Assembly: GCA_009914755.4 (NCBI GenBank)
Contig: CP068257.2
Coordinates: 25,440,001-25,504,000, forward strand
DNA length: 64,000 nt
Source of the DNA: the human T2T-CHM13v2.0 reference genome, Homo sapiens
Direction: 5' to 3'
Numbering within the stretch: the first letter of the stretch is position 1; the number at the start of each line of letters is the position of its first letter. The notes under the pieces were generated by a model. The model saw nothing but the letters and a program-made list of their open reading frames with translations, was not told the origin of the DNA and made no database searches. Shown one piece after another: positions 1 to 15,044 of this stretch. Position numbers and translations under genes: made by a program.

Positions 1-246
1 GTGTGATCTCAGCTCACCGCAACCTCCGCCTCCTGGAATCAAGCGATTTTCCCACCTCAGCCTCCCGAGTAGCTGGGATTACAGGCACATGCCACCACGC
101 CTGGCTAATTTTTGTATTTTTAGTAGAGACAGGGTTTCGCCATGTTGGGCAGGCTGGTCTCGAACTCCTGACTTCAGGAGATCCAATTGGCCTACCTCGG
201 CTTCTCAAAGTGCTGAAATTACAGATGTGAGCCACCATGCCCAGCC
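1..246 (-). mobile_element. Alu SINE, antisense orientation, truncated by window edge
   Basis: Reverse complement matches the Alu dimer consensus (…ggaggcggaggttgcggtgagc… through 5' end GGCTGGGCATGGTGGC at 231-246). The A-rich linker and both monomers are recognisable. Confidence 0.9.
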
Positions 247-1439
247 TCAAATACTGCTTTGAATCCATATGAAGAAAGTAATATGTAGGCATTGTGTTAG
301 GTACTATAAGTAATCTAGAGATGATTTAAAGTATACAGGAGGGTGTGTAGAGGTTACATGCAAATCCTATACCATTTTATATAAGGTACTTGATCATCTG
401 TGGATTTCAGTATACTCAGTGGGTCCTGGAACCAGTCCCTCATGGATATAGAGTGGTAACAAAACAGAAAGTAGGTTCAGAGAAAGATGTCAACAATTTC
501 TGAAATATGGAAGTAGATGAAATTCAGAGGAAAAGTGAATGGAATAACATCCCTACCATGAGAGTGATACTGAACTTTTTCTTCTGTATTCGAACTCTAT
601 TTACATATTTAAAAGGGTAATATATAGCTTTGGCCACTTTAGTTTTTTGCTTTTTTCTTTCTCATGATTCTTAACCATGTGAATGATGATGTATATGACT
701 GCATTTTTTGTTATTTATAATGATTTATTCATAAAACATCTTATAGTGCATGGCCAGTTGTCTCCCAAATTTAATTTTTTAAATTTCTACACGTACAACT
801 GTGCTTTTTTGTTACAGTGGAGAGGTCTTTGAGCTGACATCTTTTCATCAAAAGGTTATAGATTCTTCTCACACTTCGCAGTTTCAATTGACAAAAGAAT
901 TGCTTTTTTTTTTCATAGCATTTTCCCAACTGCTCAGGATATTGGAATGGCTACATGTATAAAACAAATGACTCTTCTGACATTGGACATTGAATGGCTC
1001 CACTTTCTCACACATTCTTGGACTATGCAGTGTTTTTCCTGTGCAGGGCCTGTGACCTACAGATGGCCATGGCAGATTCAATAAAATGAAAAAAGCTAAA
1101 CAAAACACAAAGATGCTCATTATTACATTATTCTACGTTTTCCTTTTTCTTCTCATGGGATTGTTTGACAATGGCTAAATTTAGTGGTTGGCATTCAGCA
1201 TAAATGATTGGTGGTACAGGATCTCGCTATACAGAACTCTATTTCAGCAGAATTGATTTCTAAAATGCTGTTCACTTATACGCAGGGGAATCATAAATTT
1301 TAGCACAGTGTTGATCTATATATACTTCCCAGTGGAAAAGGTCTCCTTTGGCAGTAGAAAGACTTGAAGTAAAAATTACTTAGAAAAGTTCTGGATTTGA
1401 GAATGGAGATATGAAATAAAATAATATTTTTATTAAATT

Positions 1440-1597
1440 TTTTAAAAGTTTATTATTTATTTTTTAGAGACATCATCTTGCTCTGTTGCCTAAGCTCGAG
1501 TATAGTGGTACAATCATAGTTCACTGTAACCCCCTCCTGGGCTCACATGATCCTCCTGCTTCAGCCACCAGCACATGCTACCATGCCCCGCCAAAAT
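1440..1597 (-). mobile_element. Old degenerate Alu-derived fragment (AluJ/FRAM-like), antisense
   Basis: gagacatcatcTTGCTCTGTTGCCtaaGCTcGAGTatAGTGGtaCAATCAtaG… resembles the reverse complement of the Alu right arm, with many substitutions and small deletions. A T-rich tract precedes it (tail on the minus strand). Confidence 0.55.
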
Positions 1598-3092
1598 AAT
1601 ATTTTAATCAAATAGATGGTAAATTATAATCTTAGGAAGTGTGATAATTCTAGTACTCAAATATCTTTCACTATTAATATTATTTGAATAATCCTAGGTT
1701 AGATCATTATAACATATACTTGGAAAGCAAATAATAATGCTGATTCGTTGTAAAATAAATGCAAATACATTTTGTGTTAAAGAAAGCTGATATCTTCAAA
1801 AAAGCCAGTCCTGATATTCTTTGATTTTCTTTTGGCTTCTGTTTTGAGAAATGGTAAAATATTAGAGCATTAATGTCAGACTTGCCTGACACAATATTTT
1901 CTTCTTGTTTCGAATGGTCAACTACTAACATCATGGTGTTCCCTTGGTTTTGAGATGCTTTTCACAGCTAATAGGTGTGATGAGAAAGAATCATAATAAT
2001 ACTCCGTGATCTGGAGAAGCATTAAGAGGGCAGCGGGGCGGGGGGGTAATGTAGTGGATAAGGTCAAGGGCTTCAGTATTAAATAGACAGGGCTTCAGGT
2101 CCTAAGTTTTACTGTGTGATCCTGGGCAGGCTTTGTTTTTTGTTTTTTTAAAAATTTCAAAGCCTTGATTTCTTCATCTGCAAAATGCTGATGTAGTATT
2201 TCAAACACTAAGGTCTACCACCTTAGAAAAATCCGCTGTAAGTGGCAATTTGGGTCAAAACAAACATGTCACGTTAATGGAATCGTGTTTATCAAGCTGA
2301 TTGGGAGAAGGCATTTTGGAGTCCCTAGGGCAGGACTGTGGTAGGGATGTAGGGATGCACATGGCCTATTGTGGGAGATACTGGGGTTTGGTATGCAGAG
2401 TGGGGTAGAATTTGTCCAAGACAACCCACAGTTGTTTGGTGGTGGGTACAGAGTTGACAGCAGAGCCCTGGTTGAAGGAAAGCCAGCTGTTAAGTAAGAA
2501 GCCCTTGTCTTTTCCAATGGCCACATAAGTACAGGAATGACAGGGTAAGTAAAGATGTTAGTACCTGGGAGAATGGTAAACAGGATATGGAATGTGGATA
2601 AATGGTTTGGAACTAACAGGGTGATGAAAGCAACTACCTCATACATAACATGAAAGAAGCATGTGAGGTGTCTACAGCTGTGAGCTTGGCCAATAGAACT
2701 TATAAACTATACACTTGTGTATTATTAGCATTATGATTTTTGAGCAATGGGTTGGAAAAATGTAGCCTCAGGGCCGACCTCCTGAGATTATGACTTGTGT
2801 AAAAGCACAAGACTTTGTGTTTAGAAGGAACTGGTGCTTGGTTTGAGGCTTCTTTGACATTTTTAATATTTTTTGAACAAGGAGCTTGCACGCTTATTTT
2901 GCATTGAGCCCTAGACATTTTGTAGGCAGTCCTGTGTAGCATGTCTATCACAGACATGTGGTTTTGACTCAGTCACCCCACCTCCCTGCCTGTGGGACAT
3001 TTGACGATGTCTGAGTTGTTTTTGATTGTCACAGCTGGTGTATGCTCCTGGCATCTATTTCATAGAGCTCAGAGATGCTATAATTGGACTGA

Positions 3093-3384
3093 ACATGGTG
3101 GGTCACACCTGTAATCCCAGCATTTTGGGAGGCCAAGGTGGGTAGATCACTTGAAGTCAGGAGTCCGAGACCAGCCTGGTCAACATGGTGAAACCCTGTC
3201 TCTACTAAAAATACAAAAATTAGCCAGGTGTAGAGGCACATGCCTGTAATCCTAGCTACTCTGGAACCTCAGGCAGGAGAATAGCTTGAACCCAGGAGGT
3301 GGAGGCTGTAGTGAGCCAAGATCATGACACTGCACTCTAGCCTGGGCAACAGAGTGAGACTTCATCTCAAAAAAAAAAAAAAAA
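3093..3384 (+). mobile_element. Alu SINE (AluS-like), sense orientation, poly-A 3361-3384
   Basis: Full dimeric Alu: ggtgggtcacacctgtaatcccagcattttgggaggcc … gcctgggcaacagagtgagacttcatctc(A)n. Confidence 0.92.
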
Positions 3385-3428
3385 TGCTGTAAACATCCTA
3401 TAATGCACAAGTGACAGCCCCGTAATAA

Positions 3429-3738
<310 letters not shown>

Positions 3739-5140
3739 CAAGAATTACTTGATTTTAACTATCAATAGTGCCAAGGTGGAGAAACCCTTATTTAGAATAT
3801 TTTAATAAAAACAAATCCGTCTGTGGATCCTTGGACAACATTATTGTTAGCAAATCTGGGAAGGTGCAAGGTTGACTGGTAAACTCTGGAGGAATTAAGC
3901 TCCATCTAGTTCTGTGTTGCACATTTGGCATGGCATTCCTGCTAATGGGAGGATGTATTTTTATAACTGAGTCAAGGTATCATAAAGTTGAACCTAATGG
4001 ATGCCAGAGGAGACTCATTTGACTTGGCAGCTATAAATAGCTCACCAGCAGCACCTGTGTAACTCTTATAAGCCTTATTTTTAAAATCTGGCAATGAAAA
4101 GATGGATTCTGGCTGAATGGTCACAAAAGCTTCTTTTCTAAGTGTCAAATCACACTCCTTGCTGTAGTTCACTTCTGGGTCAGTTTCCTATTAGCTCAGA
4201 AAAAAAAAAAAACCATCTCATTCCCTTACATGCATAGGTTAGAACAATGCACTGTTTAAGGCAGGGTTTTCCTAAAGAGTTTTGGAATAAATGCTTTACC
4301 ATATAAACAGGGCCCTATCAGCTATTTACTCTGTTGTCGTGTTCATTTGTTTTTGTGGGTTATAAGGATTGAGCTAAACAGCCTTGTGCCCTAGAGATTA
4401 TTTTACATGGACCAACATTGCGGGTTTCCTTCCTATGTAGGCAGGGCTGCTTCAGTCACAGGAAAACTATTTTATGGCCCCAGATCTATCACCTGTATCT
4501 AAGGGTCATGTCAGAAATGTGGGCAAGTATGACCAAGGATGTAAAAGGAAAACAGGTGATGGCAAATGGACAGACTCATTAACATAACTGGAAAAATAAC
4601 TCAAAATGCATAACGTCATTACTGTGGGACAATCCCAGTCCATTTGTGCAAGAAAGCCAGCAGGGTTGTTTTAAATTTACATTTTAGACCATGGAGTTTT
4701 CTTTTATGTTTCTTCCCACGTGGCATCAACACTCCTTATCGCTTGTCTGGAAAGACTTGAGGATTAACTGCTAATAAATTACATTATCTCCAAAGTAAAT
4801 TTAAGTGTAGTCATGGATTCTAAGTCTCGTTTCTCTGCTTTCAAATTGTTTACATATTGGTTGTCTGAACTTTGTAATCCCATTCGAATTTTAAAAAGTG
4901 ATTTTCATGATTTATTACAATGACTGCATTTTAAATACATCCTAGAACTCAAGACCGCAGAGAAAGTTATACAACCTGGAGTTTCTCAGGCTCTTCAACA
5001 TCTGAAATGTTTAACATGAGAGAGATTGTACACATCAGGATCTCTTATCCCTGATAAAATCTTAGAATGTCTACTCTTTACATATAGCACAAACTAAAAA
5101 AAAGACTAAATCAATCCCATTAAAGAGTGATTTTAATAAA

Positions 5141-5254
5141 TAGGTTGGTGCAAAAGTGGTTGCGATTTTTGCCATTACTTTAAAAAACAAAACAAACAAA
5201 CAAACAAACAAAAAAAAAATGACAAAAACCGCAATTACTTTTGCACCAACCTAA
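5141..5254. mobile_element. MADE1 (Hsmar1-derived mariner MITE) with internal (CAAA)n expansion; flanked by TA
   Basis: Palindromic terminal inverted repeats: taggttggtgcaaaagtggttgcgatttttgccattac … gacaaaaaccgcaattacttttgcaccaacctaa. This matches the 80-bp MADE1 consensus TTAGGTTGGTGCAAAAGTAATTGCGGTTTTTGCCATT… A (caaa)n/(a)n tract is inserted in the centre (5187-5216). Confidence 0.85.
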
Positions 5255-5453
5255 TATTACTGAGGTTTAATTTTTTCTATGTGGACAAGGGAAAGTTTGT
5301 TTCTGGAGAATTTTTACATGTTTGCAATCTTTTAGTAGTATTTTTTACCCTAAAGGTATGTAAACAATAACTTTATAGTTGATTATGCTTTTCAGAGTTA
5401 AGTATAACTCAATCATTCTGATCTAGGGAGACTATTCTTAAGAATTGTTTTCG

Positions 5454-5749
<296 letters not shown>

Positions 5750-5861
5750 TCACAATGTATCAAAACATAATTTTAAAATAAAACTGGAGGAATAATTTGC
5801 ATAATTTTTTCCATAGAAGAAAAGGAATAAGAAAAGGTATCTATTTTCTAAGATGTGCTAT

Positions 5862-6266
5862 AGATTGAATTGTGATCCCCCCGGGTTCATATGTTGAAGT
5901 CCTAAACTCCAGTACCTCAGAATGTGACTGCATTTGGATATAAGGTCTTTACAGAAGGGATTGAGTAAAAATGATTGTTAAGTTGGGCCTGAAGCCTAGA
6001 GTGCATTTATAAGAAGAGAAGATTAGGACACAGACACACACAGAGGGAATGGCATGTGAGGAGACACAGGAGAAGAAGGCCATCTGCAAAATAAGAAGAG
6101 AGGCTTGGGACAGATCCTTCTCTCTTGGCTTTTGGAAGAAACCAACCCTGTTGCCACCTCAATCTTGGACTTCTAGCCACTAGAAATGTGAGAAAATAAG
6201 TATGTGTTGCTCCAGCTCCCATTCTGTGGAATTTTGTTATCGCAACCCTAGGAAACTAATACATCA
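5862..6266 (+). mobile_element. Solo LTR of a MaLR (ERVL-MaLR) element, MLT1-like
   Basis: The characteristic MLT1/MST LTR is recognisable: tgtgatcccc…catatgttgaagtcctaaactccagtacctcagaatgtgac…ataaggtctttacagaag…ggccatctgcaaaataagaagagagg…ttggacttctagcc…gaaatgtgagaaaataag…tgtggaattttgttatcgcaaccctaggaaactaataca. Confidence 0.7.
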
Positions 6267-6970
6267 TACAACTATTTTTTGGCATGGAACATGGATTTTG
6301 TTTACCTTTGATTTTTTAGCATTGATAGCTGTATCTTGAAAATAACAGATGTTCAAAAAATGTTTCTGTTTTTGCATTGAGCTATCTGGATTGAGAGGAG
6401 GATTTATTTATCCTTTGTAGCACAGACCCCCTGAAGTCCATCAAAAGTTCATATGTCAACTTCTAGAGCAATGTAATTCAGAACTACATGTCCCACCCAG
6501 CCTCCTTGCATCTAAGTGGGCCACTTCATCATGTCTCCTTATCAGAGAATGACAGGGAATGATTGCCAAGTGGCTTTTTTTTGGCCAAGCATGGAAGGAG
6601 CACATGCACCTTCTTCATTCTCTTTTCCTTTCTGCCTCCTGGATGTGAATGCCCAAGGCAATCCGGTACTGAAGATTCTGAAGCCGCCTGAATCCCTAAG
6701 AGCATGAACAGAACAGAAGCACTTCCTCACCCCATGTAACCTTCTTGATGAGGCATCTCTAAGGGACTGTTACTTAAATGGGAAATAACCTCTCCTGCGT
6801 TTAACAACTGAGATGCTATGGCTCATTTGTAGAGCAGATAACATTACCCTAAGCTGTATAGATGTGGTTATATGCAGCATGTGCTACTAAAATAAAAACC
6901 TAAAATATATGGCAGTGGCTTGGCAGTCAGGCAGCAACCAAAGAGGAAACACGCTGCACAAAGAACCACT

Positions 6971-7300
<330 letters not shown>

Positions 7301-8671
7301 TAAAATTTTGCTTGTAATACGTTGAAAGACTGACTACCTGTTTACTAAGCCTGTAGGGGGAAAAGTTTGGAAAAAGTCAGATATTAATAGCTTATGTTGG
7401 TTGTCATTTGCTGAGGTGAGCAAGTTATTACAAGGAAAGAGATGAGCTCAGGCAATAATTGGTGTGATTGAGAGCTTACAGAGATGAGAATAAAACAGTG
7501 CAGGAATTGAGGCCTCTTGGGGTTGGAAAAGCTTCCATTGCCAAAATGAGAAGACCTAAGGCCTAAAAAGCTTTCAGTCTCAAAGGCCCATTAAGACTCA
7601 GCACTGTGTCAAAGGCCGCATAAAATGTGGATTTTCTCATCCATCTGATTGTTATAGTAGCAGTGTAGTCAACATGATCTTGAAATGGAGAGCTATCGCA
7701 GTGAAACCAAGGAGTAGACCTGGTGTGAGGACAGTATCTACAAAGAACTTGGGGTATTATTCTTGATACATGGATGCAAAGAATTCACGGTAGGGTAGCC
7801 AGATTTAGCAAATACAAATATAGGACACTTGGTTAAATGTGGATTTCAGGTAAACAACAAATAATGTTTTAGTATAGGTATGTCCCTTTTAATCTATTCT
7901 ATAGTAAATATAGTATACAATATGTGGGGCAAACTAACGCTAAAACATTATTTGTGGTTTATCTGAAATTCAAATTAAACTGTGGGCACTCTGTTTTATC
8001 TGGCATCCACAATTCATGGGCCATGAAGATTTTGAAGGGAGCTATATTACAAAGAAGCCATAAGCCCAGTACTCTGAGTATTAAAATCTTTAAATAACAC
8101 TTGGGTCCACTCCCGAAATTTCAGAAGAAACAAGTGAGCATGGAAATCTGAGGAGCCTGCTATGAGGGCATGACTTCCTAATGTCTACTTCAGATGTGGC
8201 ATGGAGAATAACATTTAAGGAAGAAATTTCCAGAAGGCAGAGTTACGGGCTATGGAGAACAATGAACAAGGATATTTCTCCTAGAAGTAGAATTAGGATC
8301 TACTCAAATACTCCCAGTGCTAGGACATTTGCACCTTCTTGTGTTTTTCCATGATTTCTGTGTATGTTGCTACTGAATCTCCTATTTTCCTTGTCATGGA
8401 TGATGATTTTTCTCGCACCGATCCTTGCTCTGTTGTTTTATATTGACTGTGAGCAAATGCATAAAAGTTGATGATAACATAATTTATTATTTTCTGGTTT
8501 ATGAAGAACCCTATCTGGATTGGAGGACAGAGATCCTAGACTTTGAGCTGGATGCTGTAATGGGATAACACTTAATGTAGTTCCCTAGAGAGAAGTATAA
8601 GAGTTCTGTATGTGGGAGGGAGTCCACACATAGACACTGAGAGGCTACAAGGGCTGAATATTCCAGCAATC

Positions 8672-8895
8672 TGCCTCTCAAGTCAGTTTTTTTCCCTTTG
8701 CATAGGAAAGGGTCAGCAAATTTTTCGGTCAAGTTCCAAAAAGTAAATATTTGACACTTTGCAGGCCAAGAGGTAAAATAGGGGACATTATGTAGGTACT
8801 TTAATAACAACCATTTAAAACTGTAAAACACATTCTTGGCTGGCAGGCCATATAAAAATAGGCAGGAGGCTGGATCTGACCCAAGCCTGTAGTTT
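8672..8895. mobile_element. Ancient nonautonomous DNA-transposon/MITE copy (palindromic 'GGCCAGATAGTAAATATTT…GTAGTTTGCCGACCC' family, hAT/MER-type; exact name uncertain)
   Basis: gggtcagcaaatttttcggtcaagttccaaaaagtaaatatttgacactttgcaggccaag … caggaggctggatctgacccaagcctgtagtttttga resembles a common mammalian-wide MITE consensus that I recognise but cannot name with certainty. A second copy in the opposite orientation is at 46735-46915. Confidence 0.5.
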
Positions 8896-9135
8896 TTGAT
8901 TCTTGGTACTGAGCTGTTGGTAGGAAGCAGCTTCCTAGCTAGGGACTTTTTTTTTGCCCAGGCTTCTTTGCATTTTTTTGGGATCATGTGACTAGTTCTT
9001 ACCAATGAAACGTGAGCAGAGTAAGTCACCTTTAACATGAAAGTGTGCCATTTTCACATTTTCTTTCCTGTCTTATCACCTGACTTTAATGCATAGTCAG
9101 CCTAGAAAGTCAACAATTAAAAATGCAAAATAGAG

Positions 9136-9467
<332 letters not shown>

Positions 9468-12400
9468 CTAAAGCAGATGTCTACAACTCCAAGGACACAT
9501 GCATTGGTCTATTATGTGAAAAAGTAATCCATTTCTATTACATTAAGCCAATGGATTCTTGAGTTTGATTTATTACTGCAGCTAGTGTTATAAAGCACTG
9601 CTCATTTCATTGATATGTTTTAAGATTGCTAAAGCATATTTAAATGCAGCGCCCCTCCAGAAGCCTAGCATTCTTGTCTATTAAACACTTGTCTTTCTTT
9701 TGTTAATTTTGACAGATCAAATGTTCATTCTTTTTCACTAATATATTGGATCCACTTTTATTACAGTAAGTCCCTATTACATTTTAGTTGGCTTTTACTC
9801 ATTTAGTTTTCCAAATCTACACACAAATTATAAAGTTATATCTTTAGAAATATTATTAAGTTAATGCAAAAAATGCCTACTATTAAAGGAGATGTTCATG
9901 CACTGTGCAAACTTTTGAAGCTTTATCAAGTTATCTGTTTATATTTGTTATATATGTTCATTTTGTCACCCAACCAGTGAGAAATTGGCTGCTTTATGAT
10001 ATCATCATATGATCTGAATAGATAGTATGAAGATATGTGAACAGCAAGATTATTTTCTTTTAACTTTTTAATTCACATACTTGTGTAGTCATTAATTGTG
10101 GGAAGGGGAGGACTCTTACTGAAACATATATTATTTCCTACCTCTCTTTTCCTCTACTAATGAGAGATAAAATCTGAGGTCCTTTAATCAAATATTTTCA
10201 TAAAAAATTATTTAAATCAAAATATTTTAATATTAAAATTTTTATTCAAGTATTTATTAAAATGACTAGAAATTATTGAATCTTAGAAGAGGTACAGATT
10301 AGACGCAGAAGAAAAAAGAATGAGGAAGCAAAGAAAACTGAGATGCTCTCAGAGCAACTCAGTATATTTGATGTCACCAAACAAAACAGATCAGATAAGT
10401 AAAGATGTCTTAAGGCTCATTCGGTGCACATGGGGAGGAAAGATTCACAAAACGGTCTGTCTTTCTCAGCATGTCCCCTAAACTAGAAGTAGTTTCCTGG
10501 TACCCTCTGGCCGCTAAAATTAACTTTCCCTTTGCAAAATCAGTTTGCCACGTATGAAATTTTAAAAGGCAATGTAAAGTTGTTGTGGACTTTAAAAAAT
10601 GTATAACATATTTGAATGATGACACCGTATAGAATAAATTCAAGTGGATGTGATGTTTCTGGTTTGATGTTAGAAATATTTTATCGTCTGTGAAAGTTAT
10701 AAAGGATTAGCTCTAGAAATAAGTATCATTAATATGGGTCAATAAGTCTTCCACAATTATAAAAATATTTGTTGATATAATAGATGTGACCCAGACTTCT
10801 ATGAATTACATATATCAGATAAATAATAAATAATATGCTCCTCAAATGGTAAACAAATGCAAACAAAATTCCAGCTGATTGCTACCTCACCAGCTCCTCT
10901 ATTTGCCTGTGGCTTTAGTTTCTCAGGTTTATTGGAGCCCAGCTTGCTGGGGGACACCCCAGCTCAGGTGTCTTCTTTCTATTGTCTGCTAATTCCAATA
11001 GCATTTGTCCATGAGCCTTCAGACTTCTCAAATTTTGTCATTGTCTTATCCTCTTCTATTCTTTCCATTTTTGTGGATGTATGACTTTTTTTGGGGAAAA
11101 ATGTTTTGTTTTCATATTTGTCAAATCTTAGGAGAATGTGAAACTTGATATTGATCAAATCTATCATGCCTGTTTGTAAGTTCAGTGTTTTCTTTGATAG
11201 TAGGGTAAACACAGCTTGATATTGGTGAAAACTGGGTTTTAAATATGTGTGATAGTTTCCTCAGAGGGAAACATCTACATTTTATCAAAACAATAACAGT
11301 CCTCTTAGGAACAAACACTCTCTGACCACCAACCATCAGTGCCTAAATTACTCATGTCTTTAAAATAGCACAAGAAATGGTCAATAGAATCTACCTTGGT
11401 TTGTTATAAATAGCTGGAATCTTATATTAGGAATTAAATCTCATTCTCCTGGAGTCTTAATCTTGTACTAATTTACTCTAGGCTAGGAACGCACTTTTGT
11501 TTTTCTCCTAAGAGGAAAAATATAAAAATATAATTAGTTTGTTCTTGGATATGTTGGATTTAATGGACTCAGAGAACTTATTCTCCACAGAGCCAGATAA
11601 ACATATTTGGCTTTGTAGGCCTTATGATCTCTGCCACAATCACTCACCTTTGTCACTCAAAAAGAGTCATAAACAATAGGCAAACAAACAGGACAGCTGG
11701 GTGAATTGCTTTAGCCTAATGGGTAAGACTCCAGGAAGACCATGGATGTATTTTAAATGAGGTTTTTCAGTAGTTCACATAACAATGACAAAAAACGCAA
11801 CAAATTGTTGTTATCCTGATCATCACTGCAATCTACCAAGCAAACACCAGTTGACTGAAAAATAATTTTTAGCTAATTAGAAATTTCTTTATACCCAAGA
11901 GTTTCCCCCAGAGCTACTAAAACACAGGCAGTTATGTGAATCATGTGTTATAAGAGGGGGCTTAAAGGCATGGTTAGACATGGTTAGCGAAAGTCAAAAT
12001 GAGAGATAATAGTTTATATTGACGTTTCCTTTGTTTTTGTTTTTATTTCATCTTTTCAAGTTTGTGTAGCTCTATGGGATAGTATATGATGATCATCTTC
12101 AATCTTTAGCATGTGTAAGAAATATCTACAGGACTTGTTGGGCGCCACTACAAGAAACTCTGAATTGATAGGTCTGGTTTGGTGCCCGAAAATTTGTATT
12201 TTGAAGTTTTCAGGTGCACTCTTTCAGTAAAATCACCCAAGGAAATCTTTGCCCTGTATGTACTTGACCAGATTATATGCTCCATGTTAGATTTTAGAAT
12301 AGTGATGTTTTGTATTATATTTGTAGACTTATGACCTATGTTTTTCTTCTGCTGCTAACCTAACTGGGAAGACCAACTATCATTTTAAGATAGAGTCAGA

Positions 12401-12846
<446 letters not shown>

Positions 12847-13944
12847 TTATTACAAACATCATGTGGTTTTAAAAATTATCTTCAATGTGATTTTATATAT
12901 TACATTTTTAGAAAAATATTTTTGGTCTTTTTGTGAGCATAATAGTATGCATGTTAGGGAAATAAGCTGAAAAGAGTGAAAGTAAGTATTCCACTTGTTC
13001 TTTTTTATTTTTTTCCTTAATGATTCTCTTGAATAAGTTAGGCATTCAAATCGGTTTCTTGGAAGTTCAGAGTTCTTTCTTGAAAAGTTTATCTTTCCTC
13101 TTTGCCTTTTCTCTTGCTAACTTTGACTAAGATTTAAAATTGAGCAAAAAACCACTGGATTCTTTGTAGCCTGTTTCTGCGTACAGGGTTCGTCACTCTC
13201 TTATCTCTTTAGCTTTGCTTTGACATTCCCCTTGTGAGCAAAATCATTAAAAAGCAAGAGAACCTTTTGGACTTTCCTTTCGGATGGTTTCTGATAACTC
13301 TGACCATTTTAATATATATTTTGGCTAACCTGTAGTAAGTACATGGTATTTACTATTACTACTGTTACTACTGATATCATTGGTCTATATTTATGGAATT
13401 CACCTCTTTTTCCCTTTTGGAATACTGGAATATATTTGCTTTCCTCCAATTTTCCAGAACCTTTTCAATCTCCACATTTTCACAAATACCTGAATCAAAT
13501 CATGTACTATTTATTCTAAGCATGCAACTTAACACTTGTTTAAGGCAACCTAGGTGTTTGCGTATCCATTGCTCATGAATCTTGAGTTTAAATGATGTTC
13601 GTTTCTATTCCTATCTGCAGATCATTCTTACCAGATGGTTCACAAGAAAAATTACTTTATATCCATCAGTGTTGCATAACTACACACAATGATAAAAAAT
13701 ATTCTTTGTGTGACTCTGCTCAATGAGAAATATTTACCATATTTTGATGATCTTAGTATATGTAGAGTAGTTTGTATTAGCCTTTGCTACCCATATTCTA
13801 CATATTTCCCTTTAAATAATTCCTAGAATTTATTTTCTTGTTGTATTTCAAATTTTAGTAAGTTTGGTAAGTTCTTTAAACGTATTAACTAATTTAATTC
13901 TCACAAAACCCTAAAATGTAGATAAGAAACTGTGGATAAGATTA

Positions 13945-14090
13945 TGCTCCCTACATTTTAGATGAAAAAATTGAGGCACCAAGAGGTGGAGTAACTTGGC
14001 AGTATCACCCAGTGGCTAAATTTCAGAAGGAGGTGGGATTCAAACTCAGGCAGCTGGATTGCAAAACTGAAACTCCTAACTGCCCTTTTA
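13945..14090 (+). mobile_element. MIR (mammalian-wide interspersed repeat) core fragment
   Basis: …attttagatgaaaaaattgaggcaccaagaggtggagtaacttggcagtatcacccagtggctaaatttcagaaggaggtgggattcaaactcagg… versus the MIR consensus …ttttacagatgaggaaactgaggcacagagaggttaagtaacttgcccaaggtcacacagctagtaagtggcagagctgggattcgaacccagg. Confidence 0.75.
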
Positions 14091-15044
14091 CCTTGTTTCT
14101 ATAACTTCATTGTAGAGACACCATTTAAAAAAACTATTATCCCTTAATTGGGGATTGACAGTGTCTGTAATTACAGTTAGGATTATATTATTTTAAATGT
14201 ATTCTTTGGACCGTCTTATCTTTCAGAATTTCATGCTTTGAAATTGTTTTTTTCCTGAATATTTTACAACCAGCCTTCCCAAAGATGGCAACCTGTTTTG
14301 GGTCATTTCTTCCTTCTAGTTTCTTGTTATTACAAACAATAAGGTGATATAGCCTTTTTCTCTCTAAGTCCCCACAATCATATTCTGTCCAGGAATCAAT
14401 CAATTACTCCCTATTGATGAAAATTATATACACTGATATAATCATTCTAATGTCTCCTCTTTCCCTCTCTAAAATAGAATTGGAAAAGTCAAGAAGTATT
14501 TAATCCTTCTGTATTTAGTTGAAAGAGAGTTTGTGCAAATAAACTGAAGTTGAGATTCCTTCCTTACAATTCTGGTCCATTTTTGTAACAGTTTGTAAGT
14601 GTAAAGAATGCATCACTTATTTCTTTTAGCCGGCTGGAAATCCAAAGTGAAGTCTGTTATCATTTCTCTTTCTCCTTTTTGTCTGTACATATTATACTCT
14701 TATTTCTTCTTAACCCCTATGCTCCATGCAATTCTATACAGGAGTGGTTGGTAAAACCAATGCCCCTTGGGTAAATAGTCTTTAGAAAAAATTCCCTTTA
14801 GACACAAGATATAGTCTACAGCTTGTGGCTTTCAGTAAAATGTAATCTCCCAGGTATTCATCCTGCACAATCATACAAAAACTATGCTAATATTTTAAAA
14901 CATTATTTCATTTAGTTCTTACAATCACATGAATTAGAGATAATACTGATTTACAGTTGGGGAAACTGATGTAACTATTTTACAGTGGCAGGTAGAGGGC
15001 TCTGTCAAGTTGTCTGGCTCTGAATCTCTCTCTCTCTCTTTTTT

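Noticed and set aside
8511-9038. 175-aa minus-strand ORF
   Set aside because: It overlaps the MITE copy at 8672-8895 and otherwise AT-rich unique DNA. It has no start or stop context resembling an exon and no similarity to a known protein that I can recognise. In an intron-containing genome a lone 0.5-kb ORF is expected by chance.
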